Source of the DNA: Candidatus Hadarchaeota archaeon
GTDB taxonomy: Archaea > Hadarchaeota > Hadarchaeia > Hadarchaeales > Hadarchaeaceae
NCBI GenBank assembly: GCA_040755315.1
Contig: JBFMBF010000016.1
Span: forward strand, 1-26,658
DNA: 26,658 nucleotides
Direction of reading: 5' to 3'
Numbering within the stretch: position 1 is the stretch's first letter; each line of letters opens with the position of its first letter. The notes beneath the pieces were generated by a model, which ran no database searches, was not told where the DNA came from, and saw only the letters and a list, made by a program, of their open reading frames with translations. The position numbers and the translations under genes were made by a program. Of this stretch, positions 1-9,391 are shown piece after piece.

Positions 1-285
1 TTCAGGGTATGTAAGTCCCGGAGAGCACTCTGGGTGGTAGTGCCCAGCAGTTTTGACAAGCTCACGGCCGAGTGTGCGCGGAGGGATTACTGTGATGTCG
101 TAACGCAAATTGTTCTGCAAAATCTTTTTTTCGTCTCCCCACTTCCAAAGATCTCTGTACATGTAGTAGAGCTCCACATCCTCGTTCTTCTTCAGCCACT
201 CTTTGTCTAGGATGACCTCCTTCATGTCTTTGGCCAGCCTGACGTCGGCCTCCCTCTCCAGGCCACCAAATTTCAAAACTTTCAT
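1..285 (-). CDS. pgiA: Cupin-type glucose-6-phosphate isomerase, N-terminal part (runs off the window edge)
   Basis: Not in the ORF track. Hand translation from the ATG at 285: MKVLKFGGLEREADVRL...LYYMYRDL...LRYDITVIPPRTLGRELVKTAGHYHPECSPGLTYPE. The LRYDITVIPP and KTxGHYHP..TYPE motifs are typical of archaeal cupin PGI. Confidence 0.85.
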   Translation of the reverse strand, partial: MKVLKFGGLEREADVRLAKDMKEVILDKEWLKKNEDVELYYMYRDLWKWGDEKKILQNNLRYDITVIPPRTLGRELVKTAGHYHPECSPGLTYPE

Positions 286-306
286 GTTGCCAGATGCTCC
301 AGAACT

Positions 307-1095
307 TCAGTAAACTATCACGCTGCGGACGCTCGGCAGCTTCCGCATGGCGTCTATCACGTCACCTTTCACAGGCTCGTCAGTGATGATGGTGAGCTTC
401 GGCTGCGGCGTCAGGTAGGGATCGTCCGCCACCGCCTGCCTTATGCTTATGCCGAACTTTGCGAGGACGCCCGTGGTCTCCTTTATTATGCCAGGCTTCG
501 CCGCGTCCTTTGGCACTATCTCCACGACGCCCATCCCCAGTTGCTGGGCCACACCCTTCAGGTAGGCCACAGGCTCCAAGTTGGAAAATATCCCGGCCAG
601 CCCCTCGTCTTTCAGAATTCTCCCGGCCGTGAGGTCGACCACCCGCCTGTCCACCCCGGCCTCCTCGGCAATCTGGACTGCCGGAACCCTCATGTTGCCG
701 CAGAGGATGTCTCCGTCATTTCCGACCCTGAGCCCGTGCTTGAAGATGACCTTGGCGACGTTGAGCTGGGCCGGGAAATCCTTGAAGGCCTCCTGCACCC
801 TCGACCACATCCCGATCTCCCCCATGTGCTCCCTCTCCTCGCCGACCATCTGCGCCATGACCAGCCGCATCACGCTTTCGACAAAAGAAGGGTCGACCCC
901 TAGCTGCCTGGCCTGCTCCTTCGCCCTGTCAACAACCGCCCGCTCGCGCAGCTCGTCCCTCGCCCCCAGCTTCATGTTTTTCTTCAAGATGGCCAGTTCC
1001 TGCGCAACCTTGAGCCGCTGCGCAAGAATGGTTATTATCTGAGTATCCAGTTGGTCAATCTGCTTCCTGATTTCTTTCAGCCTGCTTTCGCTCAT
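307..1095 (-). CDS. Chorismate mutase (AroQ type) fused to an archaeal HTH+ACT regulator-like domain (COG2150-like)
   Basis: N-terminal LKEIRKQIDQLDTQIITILAQR...RDELRE AroQ pattern. From M96 (MWSRVQEAFKDFPAQ...IAEEAGVDRRVV...PGII...GISIRQAVADDP) it resembles the archaeal ACT-containing regulator. Lies in an operon with aroK and aroC. Confidence 0.8.
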   Translation of the reverse strand: MSESRLKEIRKQIDQLDTQIITILAQRLKVAQELAILKKNMKLGARDELRERAVVDRAKEQARQLGVDPSFVESVMRLVMAQMVGEEREHMGEIGMWSRVQEAFKDFPAQLNVAKVIFKHGLRVGNDGDILCGNMRVPAVQIAEEAGVDRRVVDLTAGRILKDEGLAGIFSNLEPVAYLKGVAQQLGMGVVEIVPKDAAKPGIIKETTGVLAKFGISIRQAVADDPYLTPQPKLTIITDEPVKGDVIDAMRKLPSVRSVIVY

Positions 1096-1961
1096 GCTGC
1101 CGCCCTCGCACCCATTTTAGCTGGGGAAGTTATAATCACTTTCCCAGACCTTTTCATCCAGGCCGCCGCTATCTCTCCAGAGACGTCGGGGGCAGCCACC
1201 GCCACCGTCGCCGGCCCGGTCCCCGTGAGTCCCGCTGCCATGGCCCCCCTTGCTAGGGCCTCAATGGCCGGGGTCGCATCCTGCCTGAGGGCGCTCGAGT
1301 AAAGCAGCCCGTTGAAAGTCATCGCCCCCCAGACATCGCCGTTCATGGCCATGCCGTGAGCGGCTTCCGCCCCGTCCCTGATTGCATCAAACTTCATCTT
1401 TCTCAGACCCTTGGTGTACGTCTTAAACGGCGGGACGTGAATCAGAATTTTCAGCCCCGGGTCGACCTTGAACTTCTTGAGCACCTTGCGCTCGAGGTTG
1501 TCGGTCACCACCCCGTAGCCGTAAAGCGATGCAGCGGCGTCGTCGAAAGCCCCAGTCAATGTGACTCCCGCCTCGAAAGCCGAATCTATTCCAATCTTGA
1601 GCACCTCATCTGCCCTGGCCTTCCTGCCGAAAGCCGAGAAAGTCGCCATGACGGCGGCGTTGGCTGCGGCGCTGCTGCTCGAGAGGCCGACGGCGATTGG
1701 AATTTCCGATCTCGTCTCGACCTCGGCGCCAAACCCCTTGACTCCCAGGTGCTTCATGGTTCTCTTCGCACATATCTCTATCAGCTTGGGGTTCTCCCTC
1801 ACGCCGACTATTTTTCCCCTGACATCATTCAATCCTTCGATGGCTCGGACCTTCGCTCTGACTTTTAGATTAACACCGAAGGCCGCTCCCTTGCCGGTGG
1901 CAAATGCATTCACGACGGTCGCGGAGCCGAAGGCCGAAGCTTCACCCATCATTTTTTTCAT
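1092..1961 (-). CDS. aroK: Archaeal (GHMP-family) shikimate kinase
   Basis: ATVVNAFATGKGAAF, PIAVGLSSSSAAANA, TGAFDDA and GLTGTGPA motifs. 4-bp overlaps with both neighbours. Confidence 0.93.
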   Translation of the reverse strand: MKKMMGEASAFGSATVVNAFATGKGAAFGVNLKVRAKVRAIEGLNDVRGKIVGVRENPKLIEICAKRTMKHLGVKGFGAEVETRSEIPIAVGLSSSSAAANAAVMATFSAFGRKARADEVLKIGIDSAFEAGVTLTGAFDDAAASLYGYGVVTDNLERKVLKKFKVDPGLKILIHVPPFKTYTKGLRKMKFDAIRDGAEAAHGMAMNGDVWGAMTFNGLLYSSALRQDATPAIEALARGAMAAGLTGTGPATVAVAAPDVSGEIAAAWMKRSGKVIITSPAKMGARAAA

Positions 1962-3067
1962 CGCGATTCCTTTCGGAATTTATCCGGGTCGACCTTCCCC
2001 GCCCTGATCATGTGGTCGGCCAGAACCAGCGCCAGCATGGCCTCGGCAATTGGGACCACTCTCGGGCAGAGGTTGGGGTCGAACCTCCCGCGAAGCCTGA
2101 TCTCAGCCTCTTCCATTTTTTCTAGGTCGACCGTGTGCTGCGGTTTTGTAATTGAAGATGGGGGCTTGACAGCTACCTTCACGACAACCGGCATCCCGTT
2201 GGATATCCCGCCGAGGATCCCCCCAGCAAGGTTTGTCTTGGTCTCTATCTTTCCCTTTTTCAGAATAATCTGGTCGTTCGCCTGAGAGCCCAGCATCTTG
2301 ACCAACTCTTTCCCCGCGCCGATTTCCACGGCCTTCACCGCGCCTATTGACATCATGGCTCCAGCGATCTCCGCGCTCAGTTTGTCGAAGACGGGCTCCC
2401 CGATGCCCGGCGGAACGTTAAGCGCTATAACTTCCACCACTCCTCCGGTTGTGTCTCCCTCTTTCGCCGCCTCGAGCACCTTGTTCTTCATCAGCTCGGC
2501 GACCTTTTGGTCGGCGCACCTCATCGGGTTGTTCTCGGCATTCCTTCGGATCTCTTCAGGGGAAGCGTTACGTTGCACCGCCACTCCTGCCGCCTCCACA
2601 GTGTGACCGAGTATCTCCACGCCGTGAGCTGCCAGCAGCTTCTTTGCCACGGCTCCAGCCGCGACCCTGCCAATCGTCTCTCTCGCCGAGCTCCTGCCTC
2701 CCCCTCTGTGGTCGACATGGCCGAACTTCAGCCAGTATGTCAGGTCGGCGTGGCCAGGGCGCGGTTTGTTTTTTATTTCATCGTAAGGGGTCGAGTCCAC
2801 ATCGACGTTTCGCACAATCATTGAAATCGGCGTGCCAAGCGTCTTTCCCTGGAAGACGCCCGACAATATCTCCACCTTGTCCTCTTCTCTTCTGGGACTC
2901 GTCAGGAGGGACTGTCCGGGGCGCCGCCTGTCCAGCTCGGCTTGGATGTCAGCTTCGTTCAGCGGCATGCCGGCCGGAGTTCCCTCTACTACCACCCCAA
3001 TCGCGGGGCCGTGCGACTCACCGTAAGTGGTCGTGCGGAAAATTTTCCCGAAGGTGTTCCCGCCCAT
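1958..3067 (-). CDS. aroC: Chorismate synthase
   Basis: GESHG, RRRPGQS, RPGHAD and [10 protein letters not shown] signatures. Start placed at ATG 3067, behind a GGTGA SD, rather than at GTG 3094. Confidence 0.97.
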   Translation of the reverse strand: MGGNTFGKIFRTTTYGESHGPAIGVVVEGTPAGMPLNEADIQAELDRRRPGQSLLTSPRREEDKVEILSGVFQGKTLGTPISMIVRNVDVDSTPYDEIKNKPRPGHADLTYWLKFGHVDHRGGGRSSARETIGRVAAGAVAKKLLAAHGVEILGHTVEAAGVAVQRNASPEEIRRNAENNPMRCADQKVAELMKNKVLEAAKEGDTTGGVVEVIALNVPPGIGEPVFDKLSAEIAGAMMSIGAVKAVEIGAGKELVKMLGSQANDQIILKKGKIETKTNLAGGILGGISNGMPVVVKVAVKPPSSITKPQHTVDLEKMEEAEIRLRGRFDPNLCPRVVPIAEAMLALVLADHMIRAGKVDPDKFRKESR

Positions 3068-3095
3068 AATCACCGCCTGAAAATTGTCTCCCACT

Positions 3096-3110
3096 CTATA
3101 AACCCTTGCG
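3096..3110 (-). promoter_or_regulatory. Putative BRE/TATA promoter of the aroC operon
   Basis: Minus strand reads CGCAAGGG-TTTATAG about 30 nt upstream of the aroC ATG. Confidence 0.5.
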
Positions 3111-3126
3111 CCGCGAAGGTCCGGCT

Positions 3127-3900
3127 TCAGACACCGACAAAAGGTACCAGGAGCATGCGAACTCCGATGACTATGAATATGGTTGCCAGAATTTTTCTCA
3201 ATGTGCTTGCCCGCGTTCGCTTTGAAATGTAAGGTCCAATCTGTCCGCCCACGACGCAGCCTGTCGCCAGTGGGACCGCGTAACCGAGCGCGATGTTACC
3301 TAAAAACCAGTGAGGAACAACGGCGGCGACAGTGGTGATCGCCATTCCGAACATTGCAGTCCCAGCTGATAGATGGATGGACATGCCGAGCATGAGAATT
3401 AGGACCATCTCATCTATAACTCCGCCGCCAATGCCAAACAACCCTGAAACCACCCCACTCATCAAACTCCCGAGCAGGCAGTACGTAAGTATCCTAGTGG
3501 ACATTCTGCAGTATTTTCTGTCTGAACTGCCCTCTGTTTTGGAGTTCTTTATCAAAAACATGTAAATGACGATGGACAGCAAAAGGGCCCCGAACATCCC
3601 GGCCAACAGAGTTGAAGACACCAGAGTTGTTATGAATGCCCCAAGAACGGCACCCGGGATGTCAAGGGTGTCCAGCATCAGGCCAACTTTATAGTGAATC
3701 TTCTTTTGCCGTGCGTAAGCCAGAGTCGCCGAAATGCTGAGAAACATTATCGCGAATAGGCTCGCCCCAACGGCTTTCTGCGTGCTCAAGCCGAAGACAA
3801 GCACCAGCATCGGGACCATGAAGCTGCCGCCGGCCAGCCCCACCATTGACGAAACTGTGGCTATCAGCAGCCCTATCAACAGAAGTGATAGCTCAATCAT
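3127..3900 (-). CDS. TSUP (TauE/SafE) family membrane transporter
   Basis: Duplicated GLAGGSFMVP / GIGGGVI motifs, AVGASL / SAGTAM, multiple TM helices. Confidence 0.9.
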   Translation of the reverse strand: MIELSLLLIGLLIATVSSMVGLAGGSFMVPMLVLVFGLSTQKAVGASLFAIMFLSISATLAYARQKKIHYKVGLMLDTLDIPGAVLGAFITTLVSSTLLAGMFGALLLSIVIYMFLIKNSKTEGSSDRKYCRMSTRILTYCLLGSLMSGVVSGLFGIGGGVIDEMVLILMLGMSIHLSAGTAMFGMAITTVAAVVPHWFLGNIALGYAVPLATGCVVGGQIGPYISKRTRASTLRKILATIFIVIGVRMLLVPFVGV

Positions 3901-3957
3901 CGGCTGCAACTAAATCCACAAAGATAAAAACCCCCCGACAGAGCTTGAACTGGTCAA

Positions 3958-4929
3958 ATGAGGTTAGGCCGCGACTATACAAACTGCCTGGTCCTCGACC
4001 ACCTGGAGGAGAACGATAGGCGCGCCTTCGAGCAGGGCAAGCTGGACTTGGCGTCTGTGAACGCCATAGGATTGGAGAAGGCAAAGCTCGACGTGGAGAT
4101 GCAGCTCAAGGTCACGCGGGAGCTCGGGATGGACCATGTGGAGCTTGACTCCGACCCCCCCAACCCTTACATCCGCCTCGACCAGGGCCAGCGCAAGAAA
4201 ATCAGGAAGGCCGCCGAAGACAATGGGATAACTCTCTCTCTTCACCTCCCTTATTCCTACGTGGGCGGCAGCATCTGCTCTCCAGGGGAGGAGGAACGCA
4301 GGACGGCCGTCGAGTTCCACAAGCGCTGCATGAAGTTCGCCTCTGATGTCGGGGCCCTTTACGTGAACATCCACCCTGGTTCCGCACCTTTCTACCACCG
4401 GCTGGGGAAGTACAACGCAATCATCCGTTCCTCGATAATCAACAGCCTCGTTGAGCTGGAAGCGTTCGCCAAAGAACTTGACCTGTTGATGCATCTCGAG
4501 AACAACACCGCGTTTGACGGGATTTACAGCGAGCTTGAGGACTGCATCTCACTTGTGGAGGAGCTGAGGGGCAGGGGCGCGAACGTCTACTTCAACTTCG
4601 ACATCGGCCACTGGTTCACGAGGGCCGACACCGGTTCCCAGATTACGGACCCGCCGGAAGACTCGATGAAAAAGATTCCCAGTGGTTACATGAAGGAAGT
4701 CCATCTCAACGATTATGTTCCGGGCAAAAAGATGTTCCACCCACCCCTCCACCTTGAGTGGGGGCTGCTGAAGAGAGAAAACATGAAGAGATACGTGGAA
4801 ATCGTGAAGGGGGCCGGTGTGGAAGTCGTGGTCCTGGAAACTGCCATGAAAAGCAACGAGCAGATGTTGGACTGGCGCTACCTCCTGAAGCAGGAGTCTG
4901 ATTACATAAAAGACCTGTTTGGAGTGTGA
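3958..4929 (+). CDS. Sugar-phosphate isomerase/epimerase / AP endonuclease 2-like TIM-barrel protein
   Basis: Metal-binding pattern SLHLP, NIHPG, LEN, FDIGH, EVHLND, VLE. Confidence 0.8.
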   Translation: MRLGRDYTNCLVLDHLEENDRRAFEQGKLDLASVNAIGLEKAKLDVEMQLKVTRELGMDHVELDSDPPNPYIRLDQGQRKKIRKAAEDNGITLSLHLPYSYVGGSICSPGEEERRTAVEFHKRCMKFASDVGALYVNIHPGSAPFYHRLGKYNAIIRSSIINSLVELEAFAKELDLLMHLENNTAFDGIYSELEDCISLVEELRGRGANVYFNFDIGHWFTRADTGSQITDPPEDSMKKIPSGYMKEVHLNDYVPGKKMFHPPLHLEWGLLKRENMKRYVEIVKGAGVEVVVLETAMKSNEQMLDWRYLLKQESDYIKDLFGV

Positions 4930-4936
4930 GGGATCA

Positions 4937-5407
4937 TTGCCTCATCTTTATGGAGACCCTGAAAAGTGCACCGGCTGCAAGATATGTGAGCTCTACTGCG
5001 CGCAGGCGAGGGAGCGGGTGATGAACCCGAAGCGCGCGCGTCTCAGGATATTCAGGGGACACCGCTCTGACAGGATTGAGGCCTGCAGGCAGTGCGTGGA
5101 CGCCCCCTGCGCGGAGGCCTGCCCACAGGAAGCCATAGTCAGGAACCAGAAGACCGGGATTGTTTTTGTGAACGAGAGCAAGTGCGATGGGTGCGGGGTT
5201 TGTGTCGTGGCCTGCCCTTATGAAATGATATGGGTGAACCCGGACAGGGGAAAGGCAATAAAGTGCGACCTCTGCAAGCAATGCATCGCACAGTGTCCCA
5301 CCGGCGCCTTGAGCGTGGTGCAGAAAGAGTGGTCGGCTTTAAAAGATTCTAATATTGCTCAACCAGTGAGCAGCCTCGAAACTTCGTCCTCTGAGAGTTC
5401 CCTGTAA
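4937..5407 (+). CDS. Multi-[4Fe-4S] electron-transfer protein (AorA/CooF/HydN-like)
   Basis: CTGCKICELYC, CRQCVDAPCAEACP, CDGCGVCVVACP and KCDLC..CIAQCP motifs. Probable TTG start at 4937 (track start 4919). The 3' end overlaps the convergent psmB by 49 bp. Confidence 0.85.
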   Translation: MPHLYGDPEKCTGCKICELYCAQARERVMNPKRARLRIFRGHRSDRIEACRQCVDAPCAEACPQEAIVRNQKTGIVFVNESKCDGCGVCVVACPYEMIWVNPDRGKAIKCDLCKQCIAQCPTGALSVVQKEWSALKDSNIAQPVSSLETSSSESSL

Positions 5408-5973
5408 CCCTTTTTGTTGACTGTTGCGACGACGGTCTTTTCTCCAGTCGCGGCGTCTCTTTCTATGGCCGTCTGGATTGATTTGGCCGCCAGCTTAACC
5501 CCTTCTTCCAAGATTATGCCGTCTTTGAACTCCCCTTCCAGCACGCCGTAAGCCACTGTCGCCCCGGTCCCTCCGGCCGCGAACTTCTTTTCCTCCAGCT
5601 TACCACCCACAGGGTCCAAAAAGTAGAGGTGGGCCCCGTCGCTGTCCACTCCGGTGATCATCCCCTCCAAGATGTAAGGAAAGTACCTGCGGCCGTGGAG
5701 AAGGTTGGACGCCATCTGGGCCAGGCCTCTCGTGGAAATCGATCGCCCCTCGTTCAGCCTGTATAAGTTGGCCTCCGTCCTCAGCATCCCGATGAAGCTC
5801 TGGACATCTCCCGTGCTCCCGGCCACAGCGGCGCCTATCCTATCCTCAAGCTTGAAGACCTTCTGGACCCTCTTGCTGAGCACATGGTAGTATGCCGTTC
5901 CCCTGGAGTCGGAGGCAAGCGCCACGCCGTCGTCACATCTCACCGCGACCACAGTTCCGGAGAACCAATACAT
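5359..5973 (-). CDS. psmB: Proteasome beta-type subunit, probably non-catalytic
   Basis: GVALASDSR..KVFK..AGSTGD..DPVGG..YGVLE..ERDAATG Ntn-hydrolase pattern. Gly aligns with the catalytic Thr1. Confidence 0.9.
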   Translation of the reverse strand: MYWFSGTVVAVRCDDGVALASDSRGTAYYHVLSKRVQKVFKLEDRIGAAVAGSTGDVQSFIGMLRTEANLYRLNEGRSISTRGLAQMASNLLHGRRYFPYILEGMITGVDSDGAHLYFLDPVGGKLEEKKFAAGGTGATVAYGVLEGEFKDGIILEEGVKLAAKSIQTAIERDAATGEKTVVATVNKKGYRELSEDEVSRLLTG

Positions 5974-5997
5974 GGCATCACTCTAAATTGTCCCGCC

Positions 5998-6008
5998 GGT
6001 TATAAAAT
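5998..6008 (-). promoter_or_regulatory. TATA box upstream of psmB
   Basis: Minus strand TTTTATAA about 27 nt upstream of the ATG, implying a short or absent leader. Confidence 0.5.
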
Positions 6009-7480
6009 CATCGCCGGGCGACGGCGACGGCAACCACGACCGCCACGCCGATGACGACCACTATCAAGAGGTAAAACATGATGTCCTGAGGCACAAGCGG
6101 GACCTCCGGTCTGGCGGCGATGGAAAGCCCCCTCTCTCCCACGGCCAGCAGTCCTCCCGCGACCCCCGAGTAAGAACTCTCATAGTTGGCGTTTGCTTTT
6201 ATGGTGTGGCTATTCCCGTAGGCGTTGTCCTTCAAGCGGGCGCTGAAGGTCGCCACCCACTGCTCGTTGCTGACCAGGCTTGATTTTGTTTGCGCTGACG
6301 GAGCCTCGAAGAAGTTTGAATCTAAATCAAGCGCAAGAGAGAGGTTGTCTACCTTGTTTTTTCCCATGTTCTTTACCGTCACGGTCACTGCCATGTTGTC
6401 CCCTGTTATCTGGGAAGATGGCTCAACGTTGATATCCAGCAGAACTTCAGGAGCGACTGTTCCCGAGATGCTCCTTGTAATTTCATCGCTTGCGACAGGC
6501 TGCCCGCCATAGTACTGCCAGTTTGTTGAAATGGCGCCTGGTCCGGGCCAGTTTATGCTACCCTGCGCGTCGACAACACCTTCCCCGCCTGTCGATGCAC
6601 CCACTATGTGGTAGTAATCGCTTTTCCCGAATGACCCCAAGTTCAAAGGCCATACACCGTCAACAGGCACCCAGCCGTAGTTTGGCAGGTAAAAGATTGG
6701 CCAAGCGTGTCCGACTGTGTTTATGTCGGCCCCGGCCCCCGTGACGTTGTATATCGTGAGATAAGCATTTCCGGAAATCCCCTTGGCAGGTATCCCAGCG
6801 GCCCTGGCCAGTGCCACGAAAAGGTTGGCGTATTCCGTGCAGTCCCCGACCTTTGTGTTGAACCCGACGAGCGCGCTGCGCTCCGAACTCTGGCGCTGGT
6901 AGGTCATGTTGCCCACCACCCACCTGAATATCTGCCAGGCTTTGTTGTACGGGTTCGTCGTGTTATCGGTGAGGTTTTCGGCCAGAGCAGAAATGGATGA
7001 GTTGTTGCTTTGGTACAGCCCCGCGACCGGCTGGGTGTACTGCGACACCTCAGATGGATAAGATGTGCCTACTGAGTTAGGGTTTATTGAGAACCGAACA
7101 GTCTTGACCTTCAGCGTCTGAGTGACTGAAATCCTCTTGGTGGCGCCGCCCGCTATGTCCCCCAACTGAAGCTCCACCCAGCGGTTGTCATCGGTCCTGA
7201 GTATTTGTGACTGTGTGTAAGACTGCCCATCAACAGTTATGCTCTCGCTCAGCACTTCCTGCTCGGCCCACCCAGTGATGTTGTCGAAAAGGTAAATGGT
7301 GGCGCGCGCATTGAGCGCAGTGTACTGACTGACGTTCTGCAGGTCATAGTTTATTGTGAAAGTGTATACTGCGGCTTCATCCGCAGCGCTCGCGACTGGC
7401 ATGGCCAGAAGCATCAGCGCGAAAAAACATAGCACTGCTGGAGCTTTCAAGCGGACACCAGTTGGAATATTCTTCGCCAT
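6008..7480 (-). CDS. Membrane-anchored transglutaminase-like (TGc) surface protein
   Basis: Signal peptide (..MPVASA); catalytic GDCTEYA..ARAAGIPA, GHAW and GWVPVD; Ig/CARDB-like region; C-terminal TM helix followed by RR. Confidence 0.85.
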   Translation of the reverse strand: MAKNIPTGVRLKAPAVLCFFALMLLAMPVASAADEAAVYTFTINYDLQNVSQYTALNARATIYLFDNITGWAEQEVLSESITVDGQSYTQSQILRTDDNRWVELQLGDIAGGATKRISVTQTLKVKTVRFSINPNSVGTSYPSEVSQYTQPVAGLYQSNNSSISALAENLTDNTTNPYNKAWQIFRWVVGNMTYQRQSSERSALVGFNTKVGDCTEYANLFVALARAAGIPAKGISGNAYLTIYNVTGAGADINTVGHAWPIFYLPNYGWVPVDGVWPLNLGSFGKSDYYHIVGASTGGEGVVDAQGSINWPGPGAISTNWQYYGGQPVASDEITRSISGTVAPEVLLDINVEPSSQITGDNMAVTVTVKNMGKNKVDNLSLALDLDSNFFEAPSAQTKSSLVSNEQWVATFSARLKDNAYGNSHTIKANANYESSYSGVAGGLLAVGERGLSIAARPEVPLVPQDIMFYLLIVVVIGVAVVVAVAVARR

Positions 7481-7497
7481 TTAAATTACCTCCGTCT

Positions 7498-8685
7498 TCA
7501 TGCCGTTCGTCCAATCAAGAGGTCGTCCAGCTTCCTGAACACCACCTGCTGCTTGCAGAAGCCCGGCAGGTAGTTGGCCGCCTTCCCTGAGTCGACGCCA
7601 GTGGTCTTGAACCCCATCCGCTCGATCGGGGAGACGACGGCGCATGTGTCCGCCACAACCTTGCCGCCGGCATTTTCTATTATTTTTGTGTACCCCATCT
7701 TGGATGCAGTCTCCTTTGTGGATCTAGCCGTGCAGATCCACAGCGGCTTTTTCAGCCTCTTGCCTTCCAGCTTGCACGCGAGGGTCGCGATCTCGTTCAG
7801 GGACGCATGGGGGCAGCCGAGGATTACGATGTCTGGATCTTGGCCGGTGTTCAGTGTCTTGTAGGCTTCCAGAAGCTCCTTGTCTCCGACCTCTATGGAT
7901 TCCAAACCCTCGACCGACATCATCGAAGCTTCGGGAGTTATTCCTTCGGCGTGGTAGAGGGCCACGGCGCCAGAGGCGGCCATCGCGGCCCCGAGGGCTT
8001 TGAGGTTGTCCACTGAAGCGCGCTTGATCCCTTGGAAGTAGGGAATGCCGCTCTTGACTATCTTGCCCACGTGGTAGCCAAGCGCCCCGAAATCTGCCGT
8101 GTCCTCCAGGTCCGTTTTTACATTAACCAGCAGCGTCGGCTTCCTGTTTTCATCCAGGTGCAGCCCGTAGTTGGGAGTTACCCCGCACAGGGCGGCCGCG
8201 AGAGCTGACGGTCCACCCTCTCTGTTTGTTCGCGCACCGAGAACAGAGTTGGCGAACGAAACAGCGGAGGATTCCGACCAGGCTATGTGCTCCCTATAGT
8301 GGGGAAGGTTTCCAACAAGGTACGGTGTGCACGTTGCGGTGAGCATTATTCCCATCTTCCTGAAAGCCTCGATAATCTGCAGCTGTTTTTTCGCAAAGTC
8401 TTCCGGAAAACCCAGCTCCTTCCAGTCCACGAGGTCCATGCCGGGGGGGTTCAGGGTTGTCGGGACTTTTGCTTTTGCACCCTTGTTCGCCAAGTCTTCA
8501 AGGAACTCCAGCCCGGGGTCGCCGATTGACTTGTAGGAGACTCCCGCCACTTGGACGGAACTCACTGGCATCATCCTGTCTGCGCCGTAAATCTCACCCA
8601 AGCGCACTAGGAGCCTGAAGTTCCTCTCGGCAACCTCGCCATACTCTCCGGCGAGCATCCTTTCCTCATCTTTTGTCAAATGCAT
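7498..8685 (-). CDS. Aconitase X catalytic (large) subunit; in archaea usually the phosphomevalonate dehydratase large subunit
   Basis: MHLTKDEERMLAGEYG, TCTPY, AWSESSAVSFANSVLGARTNREGGP, LGCPHAS, DTCAVVSP and DSGKAA motifs. Confidence 0.92.
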   Translation of the reverse strand: MHLTKDEERMLAGEYGEVAERNFRLLVRLGEIYGADRMMPVSSVQVAGVSYKSIGDPGLEFLEDLANKGAKAKVPTTLNPPGMDLVDWKELGFPEDFAKKQLQIIEAFRKMGIMLTATCTPYLVGNLPHYREHIAWSESSAVSFANSVLGARTNREGGPSALAAALCGVTPNYGLHLDENRKPTLLVNVKTDLEDTADFGALGYHVGKIVKSGIPYFQGIKRASVDNLKALGAAMAASGAVALYHAEGITPEASMMSVEGLESIEVGDKELLEAYKTLNTGQDPDIVILGCPHASLNEIATLACKLEGKRLKKPLWICTARSTKETASKMGYTKIIENAGGKVVADTCAVVSPIERMGFKTTGVDSGKAANYLPGFCKQQVVFRKLDDLLIGRTA

Positions 8686-8761
8686 GTGTCACGCCGTGCT
8701 ATTTTTTCGCGGGCCATTTTAAGGGTTGCCGGTGCAGCCGATGAATTATACATTTAGTAGT

Positions 8762-8838
8762 ATGTCAAACGTTTGACACTCACACCAAAGATGTCAAACG
8801 TTTATCACGCAATCTAAGCAATGTCAAACGTTTATCAG
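8762..8838. repeat. Three near-palindromic repeats ATGTCAAACGTTT(G/A)(A/T)CA
   Basis: Copies start at 8762, 8791 and 8821 (29 and 30 bp spacing). The first contains the perfect palindrome TGTCAAACGTTTGACA. Located in a divergent intergenic region. Confidence 0.95.
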
Positions 8839-8922
8839 TGAAATTTTGGGGAGGTGGACCCTGCACGGTTAAAAATTAAGAAAATGGTATATTTGGCGAG
8901 GCGGGATAGAGGTGACGGGAAC

Positions 8923-9315
8923 ATGTGGCAATATCACGCGGCCTTGATGGTACTGGGCTTCTCGCTCATGGTAACCGGCGCGGGCGTCTCCAAGTTCATG
9001 AAAAAGATGCCATGGTGACTCAGGGTTCACAAACGGTTGGAGGTATCCGCATCAGCGTTTTCACTGTTCGGGTTGGTTGCGGCAATTTACTATGTGCAGT
9101 CTACCAGTGGGATACACTTTAGAGTTCCTCACACATTTTTCGGCGCAATCACAATAGCGTTTGTTGTAATCACTCCAATATCCGGCTATGCTCAATTCAA
9201 GTCAAAAACTCACGGCCCGCAAATCAGGAAGACCCATCCATGGCTGGGGCGCGTCACCATTCTCTTGATGTTGATAACAATCATTGGCGGGCTTTCAGCG
9301 GCGGGAATTTTTTAA
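8923..9315 (+). pseudogene. Cytochrome b561-like 4-TM heme protein interrupted by an in-frame TGA at 9016-9018
   Basis: GAGGTGA SD at 8909-8915 and ATG at 8923: MWQYHAALM...KKMPW*LRVHKRL...VPHTFFG...KTHPWLGR. It has four spaced His residues and is in frame with track ORF 9037-9315. Confidence 0.75.
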
Positions 9316-9351
9316 CAGTCAAAAGCCACAAAAACCACCGATTTTCCCCTT

Positions 9352-9366
9352 CCGAAAGTTTAAATA
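9352..9366 (+). promoter_or_regulatory. Strong-consensus archaeal BRE+TATA promoter
   Basis: CCGAAAG immediately followed by TTTAAATA. Predicted start site near 9389-9392. Confidence 0.75.
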
Positions 9367-9391
9367 GGGCAAAACATCAAAAATGGCTATT

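Noticed and set aside
541..3232. Numerous antisense ORFs over the aro operon (and likewise over aor, GGR and thiL)
   Set aside because: Typical shadow ORFs of GC-rich genes, with no motifs.
8762..8838. CRISPR mini-array
   Set aside because: Repeats are only ~17 bp with 11-13-bp spacers, are self-palindromic, and no cas genes are present.
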